DNA of 64,000 nt from an uncultured Acidobacteriota bacterium (GCA_963809485.1 CAWEJX010000012.1:160001-224000), one strand, 5' to 3'. Counted from the first letter of the stretch, positions 11,369 to 21,789 are shown. Program-made: numbers and translations. The notes: generated from the letters alone by a model not told the origin.

Positions 11369-12322
11369 GTGGAATTTCTTATCGAAAAACACGCTTTTGT
11401 TCCGGTGATCAAACAGATTCAAGAACAGGTTAAGCTTGCTGTGTGGATGGGAACTGTTCGCAGCGGCGACAGTTTGCCATCCATCCGTGAAGTCGAGAGG
11501 AAGACGGGAGTCAACCGCGCTCAAGTCTATAGAGCCTACAAGGCCCTGGCGCAGTCCGGGGTGCTTGTCTTGAAGCGAGGGCGCGGCAAGGGAGCTGTCG
11601 TGTCGCCGGCTGCTGCAGCTCCGGATTCGATAAACTCAAAATGCAGCACATTGACCAGGAATATTGCTGCCAAGGTCCGCCAGCTCGGCATTTCCCCAAC
11701 CGCATACGCCAGATATCTGAGCCAGCACATGCAGGAACTCGAGCGCCGGGTTCCATTCATTGCGTATGTGGATCCTCAAAAGACTTTTGCTTTGAGCAAG
11801 GCGGCGGAGCTGTCGCAATTATGGCAAGTGCCGGTGATCGGCCTGACGGTTCCGGAGTTGAAACGCGCCGCGCGTAAAGGGACACAACTGCGAAAAGCCC
11901 TAACAAACCACCTCATACGCGATATCGTCCGATCCTCGCTTCCCGGAAGAAAGATCGAGGTAATTCCCGTTGAAGTACGCTACAGCGACCAGATGATTCA
12001 GGAGCTGGACCGGATCAAGTCCCACTCGTCCGTGCTGCGCGTTCTCCCGCCGCAATTCCTGCCGTACGCCGGCTTCATTCGTGCTCAAATGCAGAAACGG
12101 ATAAAGGCTCCAGACGTGGAAATCTCCATGGTCTCAGCGGCCGACAGGTCCTTGGGGAAGTTGCTGAAGGGCTCGAATTATGACCACATTATCGTAGATG
12201 CTGCTCTCCTGGGCAGAATCCCTCACGAAGTGCAGAAGAGCCGGCACATTCTGATGGTGCGACTGCAGCTCGATCTGGAATCCCTGGAAAGCGCAAGAAT
12301 CCGCGCCGGAGTAATTATCTGA
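11369..12322 (+). CDS. GntR-family regulator (close paralog of 5515)
   Basis: wHTH motif; long stretches are nucleotide-identical to 5515-6468. Confidence 0.9.
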   Translation: MEFLIEKHAFVPVIKQIQEQVKLAVWMGTVRSGDSLPSIREVERKTGVNRAQVYRAYKALAQSGVLVLKRGRGKGAVVSPAAAAPDSINSKCSTLTRNIAAKVRQLGISPTAYARYLSQHMQELERRVPFIAYVDPQKTFALSKAAELSQLWQVPVIGLTVPELKRAARKGTQLRKALTNHLIRDIVRSSLPGRKIEVIPVEVRYSDQMIQELDRIKSHSSVLRVLPPQFLPYAGFIRAQMQKRIKAPDVEISMVSAADRSLGKLLKGSNYDHIIVDAALLGRIPHEVQKSRHILMVRLQLDLESLESARIRAGVII

Positions 12323-12337
12323 GTGCGGCACTCTTAA

Positions 12338-12370
12338 TGTTGCAAATATTACAACAATTATCTTGACAAT
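12338..12370 (+). promoter_or_regulatory. Operator plus -35 box upstream of the molybdo-enzyme operon
   Basis: TGTTGCA-N5-TACAACA-ATTATC-TTGACAAT. Confidence 0.7.
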
Positions 12371-12620
12371 AAAAAACCAAACGGATACCCTGCTAGCCTA
12401 GAAGCGGTATTTGTATTCACGATGTTACAATTCCGGTGTTTATCTTTGGGTTTCTAAGGGCAGAATTAGCTGCATGGCCTGATTCAAGGCTCTTTTTGCG
12501 GATCTGCGATCGTGTATTCGATGAACTGATGATAGAGCCGATAAAGCGCGAGGATCAACGAATAAGCAGGGCGCATGATCCCGCGTTTTATATCTCCGAT
12601 CAAAGGGTAAGGGGGACAAC

Positions 12621-13283
12621 ATGCCGAATGAAGAGAAGAAATCCGCGGAAGAGAGCGAAAAAGACGGATTAGGGTTCATATCCCGGAGAGTGTTCCTGAA
12701 GGATGCCGGGTTCGTGGTTGGTGCTCCCGGTATTGGATCCCTCGCAACGTCCGCGCTGGCCGCAACCCCAGTCGCCGCGGCGGGAGCTGCTGCTACAAGC
12801 CAGCGGGTGGGAGAATCGGACGCAACGGAGGCCATCGAGCTTACGGTAAATGGGGGCAAATACCGGTTCAATGTCGAACCGGACTGTAGTCTCCGCTCAC
12901 TTCTGCGCGATCAGATGGGCCTTACCTCTCCAAAGGACTGGTGCGGCGGGCAAGGCGCCTGTGGTTCGTGCACCGTCATCGTGAACGGGAGGCCTGTCCT
13001 GTCGTGCCTGACGCTGGCCAGCGAGTGCAATGGAGCCAAGATTGAGACCGCAGAAGGCATTGCCAAGGTCAAACACCCGATTGTCCAGGCTTATATAAAC
13101 AACAATGCTTTCCAGTGCGGTTACTGCACGCCGGGTTTTGTATGCACAGCCAAGGCGCTGCTGGATAGGAATGGCAAACCTACCGAAGCTGAGGCAAGAG
13201 ATGCCCTTGGCGGCAATCTTTGCCGTTGCGGCACCTATCAGCGGCATCCTATTGCGGTATTGGAAGCCGCGAAGAACCTCTAA
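12621..13283 (+). CDS. (2Fe-2S) subunit of a xanthine dehydrogenase-family enzyme, Tat signal (PaoA/CoxS-like)
   Basis: SRRVFLK, C-GGQGA-CGSC...C, QCGYCTPG and NLCRCG. Confidence 0.93.
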   Translation: MPNEEKKSAEESEKDGLGFISRRVFLKDAGFVVGAPGIGSLATSALAATPVAAAGAAATSQRVGESDATEAIELTVNGGKYRFNVEPDCSLRSLLRDQMGLTSPKDWCGGQGACGSCTVIVNGRPVLSCLTLASECNGAKIETAEGIAKVKHPIVQAYINNNAFQCGYCTPGFVCTAKALLDRNGKPTEAEARDALGGNLCRCGTYQRHPIAVLEAAKNL

Positions 13284-13296
13284 AAAAAGGAGGAAT

Positions 13297-15693
13297 ATGG
13301 CAGATAACCAGCCGTGGACTTGGGAGATACCGGAATCGGATGAGAGCATCAAACGCAACATGTTTCCCCGACAGGACGGATATGACAGGGTGAGCGGCAA
13401 GGCCGTGTTCACCAGAGATGTCTACCTTCCGGGAATGGTGTATGCGAAAATTCTCACCTCGCCTTATGCTCATGCAAAAATCGTAAAAATGGATACAAGC
13501 CAGGCAGAGGCGCTCATAGGTGTACGGGATATCGTCAAATATGACGACCCGGACGTTGTGGATGAAAACGATACTCAGGTGCAGCAGTACAATAGTCTCA
13601 CCCTTCCCGGCATCAGCGACTTTTACAATCATCCCATGGGAGTTGTGGTGATTGCCGACAGCGAGGAGATATGCGACCGGGCGCTGCGGCTGATCAAGAT
13701 AGAATGGGAGGAGCGGCCGGTCATCCTGAGTATGGAGGAATCCCTGAAGCCGGATGCTCCAAAGATTTGGACCGAGGCGCTGCGCTTTCAGCCTACGGCC
13801 AAGGAGCCTAACAGGTACATAACGCGTGAGGAGGAAGTTGGTGACGTCCAGAAGGGTTTTGCCGAAGCCGATAAGGTGCTGGAGTACACCATAAAGCGGG
13901 CTCCGAACACAACGGCAGGTGTCGAAGCCATAGTCTGTGTGGCCCATTGGAGGGGAGAGTTTCTTGACATTTGGGTGCACCACCAGGGCATCCTGCAATC
14001 GAATCTCAGTTCTCCCAACAATGCAAGAGGTATCGCCGGCAAGCGAAAAGCAAACCCTCCCTTAACCCATTATTCTAAGATCACGCTTACGATGCCTTAT
14101 CAGGGTTCATGGTTTGGCGGAATAAACCATATCGCTTGTTCCGTTTCGCTTATCCGCCTCGGCGCCATCCTGGCCAGGCGGGTCGGGAAACCATTGAAAC
14201 TGCTGTATGACGAAAGTCAGTTCTATATCAACGGCGAAGAAACCGGCATGTTTAAATGCAAGGTGGGAGCCAAAAAGGATGGCACCATCACCGCCTGTTA
14301 CTGGCACATGATGGGATCGAGGAATCCGGTATTCGAGAGGACGTATGAATGCACCCGTATACCCAATATCCGCGGCACCCAGGAGACGGCATTCACCAAT
14401 ATGGGCCACATCGTTTGTTTCCGGGACGGCACTTCAGGATGCATCCCCCATCAGGTTATGATTGACCGGGTAGCGGCTGAGTTCGGCCTCGATCCGACCG
14501 AAGTGGCACTGAAGAACGATGGCTGTCGCGGACACGACTGGGATTGGGTCACCCAATACCAGAAAGACAATGGTTTCCCCCAAAGGTGGAGCCTCAAAGA
14601 GGTCCTTGAAAAGGGCAAGAAGGCCATTGACTGGGACCGGAAATGGCACGCGCCCGGAACCAAAAGGCTTGCCAATGGGAAGATGCACGGCATGGGATTC
14701 ATGTCCGTTAATCAATGGGCATGCACTTCAAGCGGCAGGCTGGCGGCTTTGATGCTTCGTGACGGCAAAGTCGCTATCGTGGGTTTGCGGTGCGATCCGG
14801 GAGTTGATTCGGTATCCGGTTTCCGCCAGTGCGTGGCCGCCGCAGCGGGACTGAAATACGAAGATACGGTTATACACGAGCATCGATCCGACAACAGCGT
14901 GTTCCGTTTTGCCGTGCCGGGCGGTTCCCTGGGCACCATCACTACCGTTCCTCAATTGGTAATTGCCGCCAAAGAGCTGAAACAGAAGATCCTGCAGGCT
15001 GCCATAACGCCTCGGCCCGGCTTCATGATGCGTCCTGCGCAGCCCGCCATCTTCCCGGGCAAGAAGACCGAGGACCTCGACATCAAAGACAGCATGGTAT
15101 TCGAGAAAGCGAATCCAGCTAATAGGAAGTCGGTGGTCGAGGTGTTGGGCCCTTCGTCCGAAAGCGACAATACGGGCATCGCTCATCCCGTTGCCCCCCC
15201 GGTATCGGGACTGACTGCCAATGGAAAGCCGGATCCGACTTACTACATTATGAGCCGGCAAGCCCACTTCATAGAGGTGGAAGTGGACACCGAAACCGGG
15301 CAGGTTGACATAACCAATACCGTTTGCGTCAACGACGTGGGCCACTGCTTTAATCCTGAAGGCGTCATGGGACAACAGTATGGCGGCGCCGTGATGGCCT
15401 TCGGCCGAAGCGCAACCGAAGAGAAGGTGTTCTGCCCGAATAGCGGAGTGGCGCTCAATTATGATCACATAAACTACCACATTGGAACAATGAATGACTA
15501 TGCACCCGTCCAAAGCATCATTAACGAGAGTCATTTGGGATATTCGGCATATGGCGCTTTAGGCATGGGCGAAAACGTCGGCGCGAGCCTTTCCGGAATC
15601 ACCTCTTCCGCCATATACAACGCAATAGGCAAATGGGTCCTTGACTTTCCCACCACTCCGGACAAAGTCCTCAAAGCTCTGGGAAAGATATAA
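13297..15693 (+). CDS. Molybdopterin-binding large subunit (PaoC/CoxL-like)
   Basis: SPYAHAKI, GDVQKGFAEAD, EVEVDTETG, DVG..NP...GQ and GMGE; RBS AGGAGG. Confidence 0.92.
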   Translation: MADNQPWTWEIPESDESIKRNMFPRQDGYDRVSGKAVFTRDVYLPGMVYAKILTSPYAHAKIVKMDTSQAEALIGVRDIVKYDDPDVVDENDTQVQQYNSLTLPGISDFYNHPMGVVVIADSEEICDRALRLIKIEWEERPVILSMEESLKPDAPKIWTEALRFQPTAKEPNRYITREEEVGDVQKGFAEADKVLEYTIKRAPNTTAGVEAIVCVAHWRGEFLDIWVHHQGILQSNLSSPNNARGIAGKRKANPPLTHYSKITLTMPYQGSWFGGINHIACSVSLIRLGAILARRVGKPLKLLYDESQFYINGEETGMFKCKVGAKKDGTITACYWHMMGSRNPVFERTYECTRIPNIRGTQETAFTNMGHIVCFRDGTSGCIPHQVMIDRVAAEFGLDPTEVALKNDGCRGHDWDWVTQYQKDNGFPQRWSLKEVLEKGKKAIDWDRKWHAPGTKRLANGKMHGMGFMSVNQWACTSSGRLAALMLRDGKVAIVGLRCDPGVDSVSGFRQCVAAAAGLKYEDTVIHEHRSDNSVFRFAVPGGSLGTITTVPQLVIAAKELKQKILQAAITPRPGFMMRPAQPAIFPGKKTEDLDIKDSMVFEKANPANRKSVVEVLGPSSESDNTGIAHPVAPPVSGLTANGKPDPTYYIMSRQAHFIEVEVDTETGQVDITNTVCVNDVGHCFNPEGVMGQQYGGAVMAFGRSATEEKVFCPNSGVALNYDHINYHIGTMNDYAPVQSIINESHLGYSAYGALGMGENVGASLSGITSSAIYNAIGKWVLDFPTTPDKVLKALGKI

Positions 15694-15703
15694 GAGGAGC
15701 ACT

Positions 15704-16666
15704 ATGAAAACATGGAAGAAATTTGCGCATGTAAATGCCAGGACACTCGATGAGGCGGCCGCACTTATGCAGAAAGGAAATGCCGCCATAATTGCAGGCG
15801 GCACCGATCTGCTGGGCACATTAAGGTTTGAGATTCTCCCTGCCCACCCTGAAGTTGTGGTTAACCTCAAAAGCATTCCCGGGCTGGACTACATCAAGGA
15901 AGAAGGAGGTCTGCTGAAAATAGGCGCTCTGACGCGGCTGGAAGATATCGCCAAAAGCCCTGTCATCCGGGCCAAGTACCAGGCGCTGGCAGAGGCGGCT
16001 CACCGGACAGCCTCTCCCCATATCCGGGAAATGGGGACCCTCGGCGGCAATATCTGCCAGCTCAACCGCTGCTGGTACTTCCGCAATCCCGACAATCGCT
16101 TCTACTGCATCCGCAAAGGAGGCAAGACATGCTTTGCCCTGAGTGGCGAGAACCGATACCACTCGATCTTCGGCGCTGTTAAGATGTGTGTAGCGGTAAA
16201 TCCCAGCGACACTGCGCCTGCGCTTGTAGCGCTGAACGCTAAGATAAAGACCAACCGGCGGACTCTCGCTTCCGAACAGTTCTGGGACCTGGCCGTGCCG
16301 GGATCAACCGTCCTGGCAGCCGGTGAGATCGTCACGGAAATTCAGGTGCCCGCGCCGGCCGCAGGGGTCAAGAGCGCCTTTATAAAGTTTGCCATTCGCA
16401 AATCCATAGATTTCCCCGTTGTCAACTGTGCCGCAGCCATAGGTGGAGAAAATGTTCGGGTATGCCTGAACGCCGTTCATAACAAGCCATACCGGGTAAT
16501 AAAAGCCGAGGAAGCCATTAAGGGCAAAAACATCAGTGAGGCAAATGCCGAAGCCGCCGGCGAGGCCGCCCTATCCGGCGCCAAGTCGCTTCCCGGTGAC
16601 AGAAACAAGTGGAAGATTCAGATCGCCAAGGTAATGGTCAAGAGGGCGATCCTGGCGTGCGCGTGA
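15704..16666 (+). CDS. FAD-binding subunit with 4Fe-4S insertion (PaoB-like)
   Basis: AGGTDLL, ASPHIREMGTLGGNICQLNRCWYFR...C.RKGG..C and PSDTAPAL. Confidence 0.92.
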   Translation: MKTWKKFAHVNARTLDEAAALMQKGNAAIIAGGTDLLGTLRFEILPAHPEVVVNLKSIPGLDYIKEEGGLLKIGALTRLEDIAKSPVIRAKYQALAEAAHRTASPHIREMGTLGGNICQLNRCWYFRNPDNRFYCIRKGGKTCFALSGENRYHSIFGAVKMCVAVNPSDTAPALVALNAKIKTNRRTLASEQFWDLAVPGSTVLAAGEIVTEIQVPAPAAGVKSAFIKFAIRKSIDFPVVNCAAAIGGENVRVCLNAVHNKPYRVIKAEEAIKGKNISEANAEAAGEAALSGAKSLPGDRNKWKIQIAKVMVKRAILACA

Positions 16667-16686
16667 CCGATCAAAACCGAATTCGT

Positions 16687-16841
16687 TAATTCTATTGGTA
16701 AACCCACGGCTCTGCCGGGGGACTCATAGAGTTTGACAGCTCCGTATTTTGAAACGCTGAGATACGCTGACAAACGCGCTGACAAACGCCGATTTGTTCG
16801 GCGGGGGTCGGCGAGCAAGACCAGCGTAACTCCTCCAACCG
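16687..16841. mobile_element. IS200/IS605-like element, copy B (inverted, truncated)
   Basis: Reverse complement of copy A, with an internal deletion and one terminal hairpin missing. Confidence 0.7.
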
Positions 16842-16967
16842 GGTTCTTGCTTAGAAGCTACCTACCTCGCGTCTGCGGAACTCTCAGCTCCTTCAGCCCT
16901 CTTCCCGACATGTTGGGTTTAATGGGACCTGCCAGAGGGATCGTAAAAGCCAGCAGTTATTGCGGTC

Positions 16968-17984
16968 TCAACTCTTACCTGGATCCGATTCTGCGGGTTG
17001 ACAGGGAAAGAAGAGGATCCGGCCGCTGCAACTCTCTTTTCTTACCCTTCGCTGGGCTGCGAGGTGTTGAAGATAGGCAAAAGTGTGTCGCGTGTGGATG
17101 AACCTCCTGATGAGTGGCAACCTGTCGAAGGGATCCCGATCGGGGAGCAGCCCATCCAATGCAAGCGTCACTTCATAAGCGTCTTTCCCTTCTTTCCCCA
17201 GAGCGCCGTAGGCGGCCTCCGACCGCTCCTGATGATGGGCCAGCAGCTGGTCGATCCTTTTCCTGTGATTCTTAAACGGGGAACCATGGCCTGGAAGCGA
17301 GAGCTTCACATCCATCTCCCTGAGTCGGGCAAGGCTCTGCAAATGGTCGGCTAACGGGTTAATCCGGTCCAGTAGAAACTGAATGCCTGCGGTGATCTGG
17401 TCCCCCGAGATCAGAACACTATGCTCCGGTTCATAGAGGCAGCTGTGACCGATAGTGTGGCCTGAGGTTATCAGGCAGGTGAAGCCGTGGCCGCCCCGCA
17501 CAATGACCTCACCATCGACAACGCAGTGAAAGGGCCAGGGGCTTCGTCGCCGGTACTCGTCGCTATAAAACTGGGAAACCACATTCCTCGAATTCTTCTC
17601 GGGAAATCCCAGCATTTCGAGGAAGACTCCCGTCTCCGCTTCCACTTCTCCCGAGGCAACCCGCTCGATGAATACGGCTTCAGGCGTGCTTATATAGATG
17701 CGGGATGTCCGGCTGAGGAATCTGGAAACAGAGCTGAAGTGATCGAGATGGTGATGCGTGATGAAGAAATCGGTACATCCCAGGTCCAGGCCAAGTTCCG
17801 TAATCGCGTTCTCCATTATTTCATAGCAGGCAGGATGGGCCATTCCCGGATCGATTATGAGATTCCGGTCATGGTCGACAATCACATAGGAGTTCATGAA
17901 TCCGACCTCGGGGATTGGTATCTGGACCACAACCCTGAAAATCCCCGGAACGACTTCGCTGATCGTTTGGGCTAAACCTGGCAT
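16968..17984 (-). CDS. MBL-fold metallo-hydrolase
   Basis: THHHLDH, GHTIGH, SGD and PGHG. Confidence 0.9.
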   Translation of the reverse strand: MPGLAQTISEVVPGIFRVVVQIPIPEVGFMNSYVIVDHDRNLIIDPGMAHPACYEIMENAITELGLDLGCTDFFITHHHLDHFSSVSRFLSRTSRIYISTPEAVFIERVASGEVEAETGVFLEMLGFPEKNSRNVVSQFYSDEYRRRSPWPFHCVVDGEVIVRGGHGFTCLITSGHTIGHSCLYEPEHSVLISGDQITAGIQFLLDRINPLADHLQSLARLREMDVKLSLPGHGSPFKNHRKRIDQLLAHHQERSEAAYGALGKEGKDAYEVTLALDGLLPDRDPFDRLPLIRRFIHTRHTFAYLQHLAAQRRVRKESCSGRILFFPCQPAESDPGKS

Positions 17985-18019
17985 GGAATTTCTCGATTTC
18001 CCAAATAGCAGACTGGGGA

Positions 18020-18961
18020 CTATCCCCGGGCTTTGACGAGTCCTTGCGCCAGGCTTGAGGGAACCCGTTGAATCAGTTCATCCACCGTCCAGACGCCCTC
18101 TTTGTAAAGGCCTTTGATCTCAGTTGGATTGGAATAGAGCGCGATCCGACCTCCGGAAGCCCCGAACACATGGCCGTTGATATCGGCTGCGTTTTCCGTA
18201 CAGAGATACAGAATGATGGGCGGGATATGTTCGGGATGGGGCGGGTCGGAGGAGTCCTCGCAAATCTCCCGTGTTATGAGACCCGCCTGGTAGAGCTTCT
18301 GCCAGTATTCGGCCGCCTTAGGTCCGGGATTGATGCGGGTGGCGGCAATCGGCGAGATGGCGTTGCAGGTAATTTTGTGGCCCTCAAAAATCATCTGCTG
18401 CGCCATCCCCAGCGTCAGACTGACGACGCCCCCCTTGCCTGCCGTGTAGCCATCCGGCATCATGCCCAGCCAGGCAGGCGAAGTAAAATTTACAATTCGT
18501 CCCCAGTTTTGTTTCACCATGTAACCCAGGGCATGCCGGCAGGTATTAAAGGTACCCTTCAGGTTAAGGGCTATTGAGCCGTCCCAAGCTTCTTCGGACG
18601 ATTCCCAGAAGGGCACCAGTTTTTCGGGTTTGCCTGTCCCGGCGATCCCCGCCCCCCCGGCGCAATTGACCAGAATATCGATTCTGCCGAAGCTGTGGAC
18701 GCAACTTTCTATGATTCTCCGGGCGGCATTGAAATCCGTGACCGTATCGTAGCTGGCTACAGCGTTTCCTCCCAGTCCTCTAAGCTCCTCAACAACCTGG
18801 TCCGCCGGGCCGTGGTCCAGACTGATTGTATCAGCGCCTCCGCCAATATCGTTCACCACCACCTTGGCCCCCTGGCGGACCATGCCCAGGCAAATTTCCC
18901 GGCCGATTCCGCGTCCGCCACCGGTCACGACGGCGCATCTTCCTTCCAGACATTGGGTCAT
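18020..18961 (-). CDS. SDR-family oxidoreductase
   Basis: TGGGRGIG, VVVNDIG, NCAG and YTAGK. Confidence 0.92.
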   Translation of the reverse strand: MTQCLEGRCAVVTGGGRGIGREICLGMVRQGAKVVVNDIGGGADTISLDHGPADQVVEELRGLGGNAVASYDTVTDFNAARRIIESCVHSFGRIDILVNCAGGAGIAGTGKPEKLVPFWESSEEAWDGSIALNLKGTFNTCRHALGYMVKQNWGRIVNFTSPAWLGMMPDGYTAGKGGVVSLTLGMAQQMIFEGHKITCNAISPIAATRINPGPKAAEYWQKLYQAGLITREICEDSSDPPHPEHIPPIILYLCTENAADINGHVFGASGGRIALYSNPTEIKGLYKEGVWTVDELIQRVPSSLAQGLVKARG

Positions 18962-19008
18962 ATCATTGCTCTCCTCGCCAAGTCAGTTCGCGGAGCGGAT
19001 CCGTTTAT

Positions 19009-20241
19009 CTAGAGGATCGCGGCCATCGCCATATCGGAGATCCGCTGGTATTTGGCTGTATCATTTAAATGCTCGAGCAGCCCTGACCGCAGGAACACGA
19101 AGGTAACGTCTCGCTCCGGATCAACCCAGAAACCCGTCCCACCCAGCCCGAACTTACCGTAAGTGCCGGGCGAGGTGAGATTGCCCATGGAATTGGGACC
19201 GACGCCTACGCCGCGAATTTGAAAATCCAGGCCGATATTGGCCGGCGGCAGTTTTATTCCATGTTCCTCCATTACCGGGGCAAAATACTGGTTAGCCAGG
19301 GTCCCGGTCTGAATCGTGGTGGCTTGCTTTACGGATGCCGGGGATAGAATTCGTGCTCCCTCCAGTTCGCCTCCGCGCCGCAGCATTTCGGCAAAGCGGA
19401 ACAGGTCATAGGCCGTAGAAACGCAGCCCATCCAGGGTATTTCGGCATCCTCGGTAATGAACTGATTATGTTCCTCCACATCTTTCGCCGACATATTGCC
19501 GAAAGACGGATCGTGCGCCACAATCGGGACGATGCGCGCGCTCAGGTCTTTGCGCCTGCCCATGGCCGTGTCTTTCATTTTCAGAGGACCGAACAGCTCA
19601 TCCTGGAAAATTTCGCGCAGGGCTCTCTTTCTGCCGTCAAGCCGGCGGATGAGTTCTCCAAGCAACGCATGGCCCCACAATGGGCTGTAGCATACCGATT
19701 TGCCCGGGATAGCGATCAGTTCAAGCGGGCAAATCGCCTTGATAACCGCATCGAGGCTGCCCATCCGTTCCGCTCTCACCGGGAACAAAATCTGGGGAGA
19801 ACCGGCAGTGTGAGTTAAAAGGTTAAAGACCGTTACTGTCTCCCTGGCGCTCGCATTAAGCTCCGGAATAATCTCGCCAATCCGCGTCGTTAATGCCAAT
19901 TCGCCGCGCTCGACTAAAGACAGAATTATCACGTCGGTGAAAGCCTTGGAAACGGACAGAATATGGAACACGTCGTTGATACGCAGGGGACGGTTGGCGG
20001 CTCGATGGGCAAATCCTGCCGCCTCCTGTAAACCAATGACGCCATGACGCGCCACAATTACCGCCGCGCCATCATATAAATCAGCCTCTACGTCCCGGTG
20101 TATGGTTTCGGAAAGCCGATTCAACTGATCCATGTTGAGCCCGGCTTTTTTGAGACCTTCTCTGGTTCGAGACGCATTTCTCGTACGGCCTCCTAATCGT
20201 TGCGAGTTGCTTTGAGGTTTGGACTTCGGCGTCTTTTTCAC
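19009..20241 (-). CDS. Serine hydrolase (beta-lactamase/AmpC-like esterase family)
   Basis: SVSK, LLTHTAG, YS and FWVDPE. Confidence 0.88.
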   Translation of the reverse strand: MKKTPKSKPQSNSQRLGGRTRNASRTREGLKKAGLNMDQLNRLSETIHRDVEADLYDGAAVIVARHGVIGLQEAAGFAHRAANRPLRINDVFHILSVSKAFTDVIILSLVERGELALTTRIGEIIPELNASARETVTVFNLLTHTAGSPQILFPVRAERMGSLDAVIKAICPLELIAIPGKSVCYSPLWGHALLGELIRRLDGRKRALREIFQDELFGPLKMKDTAMGRRKDLSARIVPIVAHDPSFGNMSAKDVEEHNQFITEDAEIPWMGCVSTAYDLFRFAEMLRRGGELEGARILSPASVKQATTIQTGTLANQYFAPVMEEHGIKLPPANIGLDFQIRGVGVGPNSMGNLTSPGTYGKFGLGGTGFWVDPERDVTFVFLRSGLLEHLNDTAKYQRISDMAMAAIL

Positions 20242-20385
20242 GTCAATTCCTCCAATCTCCAGAGCGGATACTCTGCGTTTGTATTATTCGATGTTGCTTC
20301 GCGATGGCAGGGGCAAGTCACCTCGCACGATTATTTCGCGGAATCAACGGCCTCTGTGGAACAGACTTTGTTTTGATCCGGATCT

Positions 20386-21342
20386 TTATACGATCACGCC
20401 CGCGCGAATTCTGGCGATTTCCAGATCCTCCGAATCCAACTCCATCTGCAACAAAAGCATGCGCGGATTGCGATGAAATTTAACGGGCACTTTGCTCCGT
20501 GCGCCCGGCGAAACCAGAATGTGATCATAGCGCGAGTCTTTCAGCAAATGCCCGAAATCTGCCGCTTCATCGACGGACATCCAGGAGACTTTTGCATCTT
20601 TGCATTTCATCCATTTGTGCAACTGCTCCACCATGAAGCGAGCGCTGGATAGGGCATGCTTTGGAAGGAGAACGAGCACAGAAGACGCTCGGATCTTTTC
20701 CAGCGCCTGGATCGTTTGTTCCGTGTAGCATATTTCGATGGGGACAATTTCAATTTTTCTCCCCCGAGGCATGCGTCGAATACTATCGGCAATGAGATGG
20801 TTGACGAGCACCTTTCGGAGCTTGCTGCCGCGATGAAGGGCCAGTTTGAATTCGGCTACCGACAGTCCCGCCACCGATGCGTGCCAGGAGCGGGACACCT
20901 GTTCCGCCCTTCGGATGGCTATTTCTTTATCCGGATCAACATAAGCGATAAACGGATATCGACGCTCGTCTTCCTGTGTAGTCCGGCTGAGATACCTGGA
21001 AAATGCGATTGGGGATACCCCTATTTTCCGGATCCGCTTGATGATGTCCCTGGACAATTCCTGACACTGTTGATTGACAGAGTCCGGCGCCGCAGCGGAT
21101 ACGGCAACTGCGGTTCTCTTGTCAGGAGCTGGAGAAAGCAGGCCGGACTGACGCAACGCCAGGTATGCGCGGTGAATTTGGCCCCGATTGATGCCCGTCT
21201 GCTTTTCCACCTCGCGAATCGGCGGAAGAATATCGCCTCTCTTGAGTACCCCCATTGCAATGGAAAGCTTGATCTGCTCCTGAATCTGTTTGATGGCGGG
21301 GACAGGGCTGTTCTTTTCGATTTGGAATTCCATAATGTTCAT
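20386..21342 (-). CDS. GntR-family regulator (third paralog)
   Basis: MEFQIEKNSPVPAIKQIQEQIKL...GDILPPIREVEKQTGINR; C-terminus RIRAGVIV as in the paralogs. Confidence 0.9.
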   Translation of the reverse strand: MNIMEFQIEKNSPVPAIKQIQEQIKLSIAMGVLKRGDILPPIREVEKQTGINRGQIHRAYLALRQSGLLSPAPDKRTAVAVSAAAPDSVNQQCQELSRDIIKRIRKIGVSPIAFSRYLSRTTQEDERRYPFIAYVDPDKEIAIRRAEQVSRSWHASVAGLSVAEFKLALHRGSKLRKVLVNHLIADSIRRMPRGRKIEIVPIEICYTEQTIQALEKIRASSVLVLLPKHALSSARFMVEQLHKWMKCKDAKVSWMSVDEAADFGHLLKDSRYDHILVSPGARSKVPVKFHRNPRMLLLQMELDSEDLEIARIRAGVIV

Positions 21343-21585
21343 CAAAGTACCAAATGTGGGTGGCCTGCACGACACAAGTCTATTTGCACACATACCTCCG
21401 GCCGGCGGGGCATGCGCACCACGGAGGCAATTTCCCGCCGCAACTACCTTCGGGAATAAGCACGGCGCGCATGCTGGCACAGACGCGATTTGGAAGGTCA
21501 ATCTGAGGCATGCGCAAAAGCCTCGAGACTCCCGCCTGCTTCTCTACCGAGATGAAAGCATTGTTGCCAAAAGCATTCTAGCATA

Positions 21586-21603
21586 TGTCATATATTTGTG
21601 ACA
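21586..21603. promoter_or_regulatory. 18-bp palindromic operator TGTCATA-N4-TGTGACA
   Basis: Lies in the divergent gap upstream of a GntR gene and matches the sites at 27901, 28276 and 61542. Confidence 0.65.
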
Positions 21604-21789
21604 TATTGTCCCGGGAGTCTGACTAAAGTCTGACAGCCTTTTTTATGCATATGCAGCCCCGCCTATAACAATGGGAATACTCTTTATGGAAGAGACATAA
21701 ACTCTGCATCCGCAACTTTGAGAAAGCAGATGGGAGTGGCACGAATCTCGAACCGGATGCGCACACAAAAGAGATCGAGGAGGGACCCA

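Noticed and set aside
13297-15693. Aerobic CO dehydrogenase CoxL
   Set aside because: It lacks the AYxCSFR motif, and the operon has PaoABC-like features (Tat signal, 4Fe-4S in the FAD subunit).
16968-20241. Antibiotic-resistance beta-lactamases
   Set aside because: The similarity is fold-level only. There are no signal peptides or class-defining motifs, and the context is catabolic.
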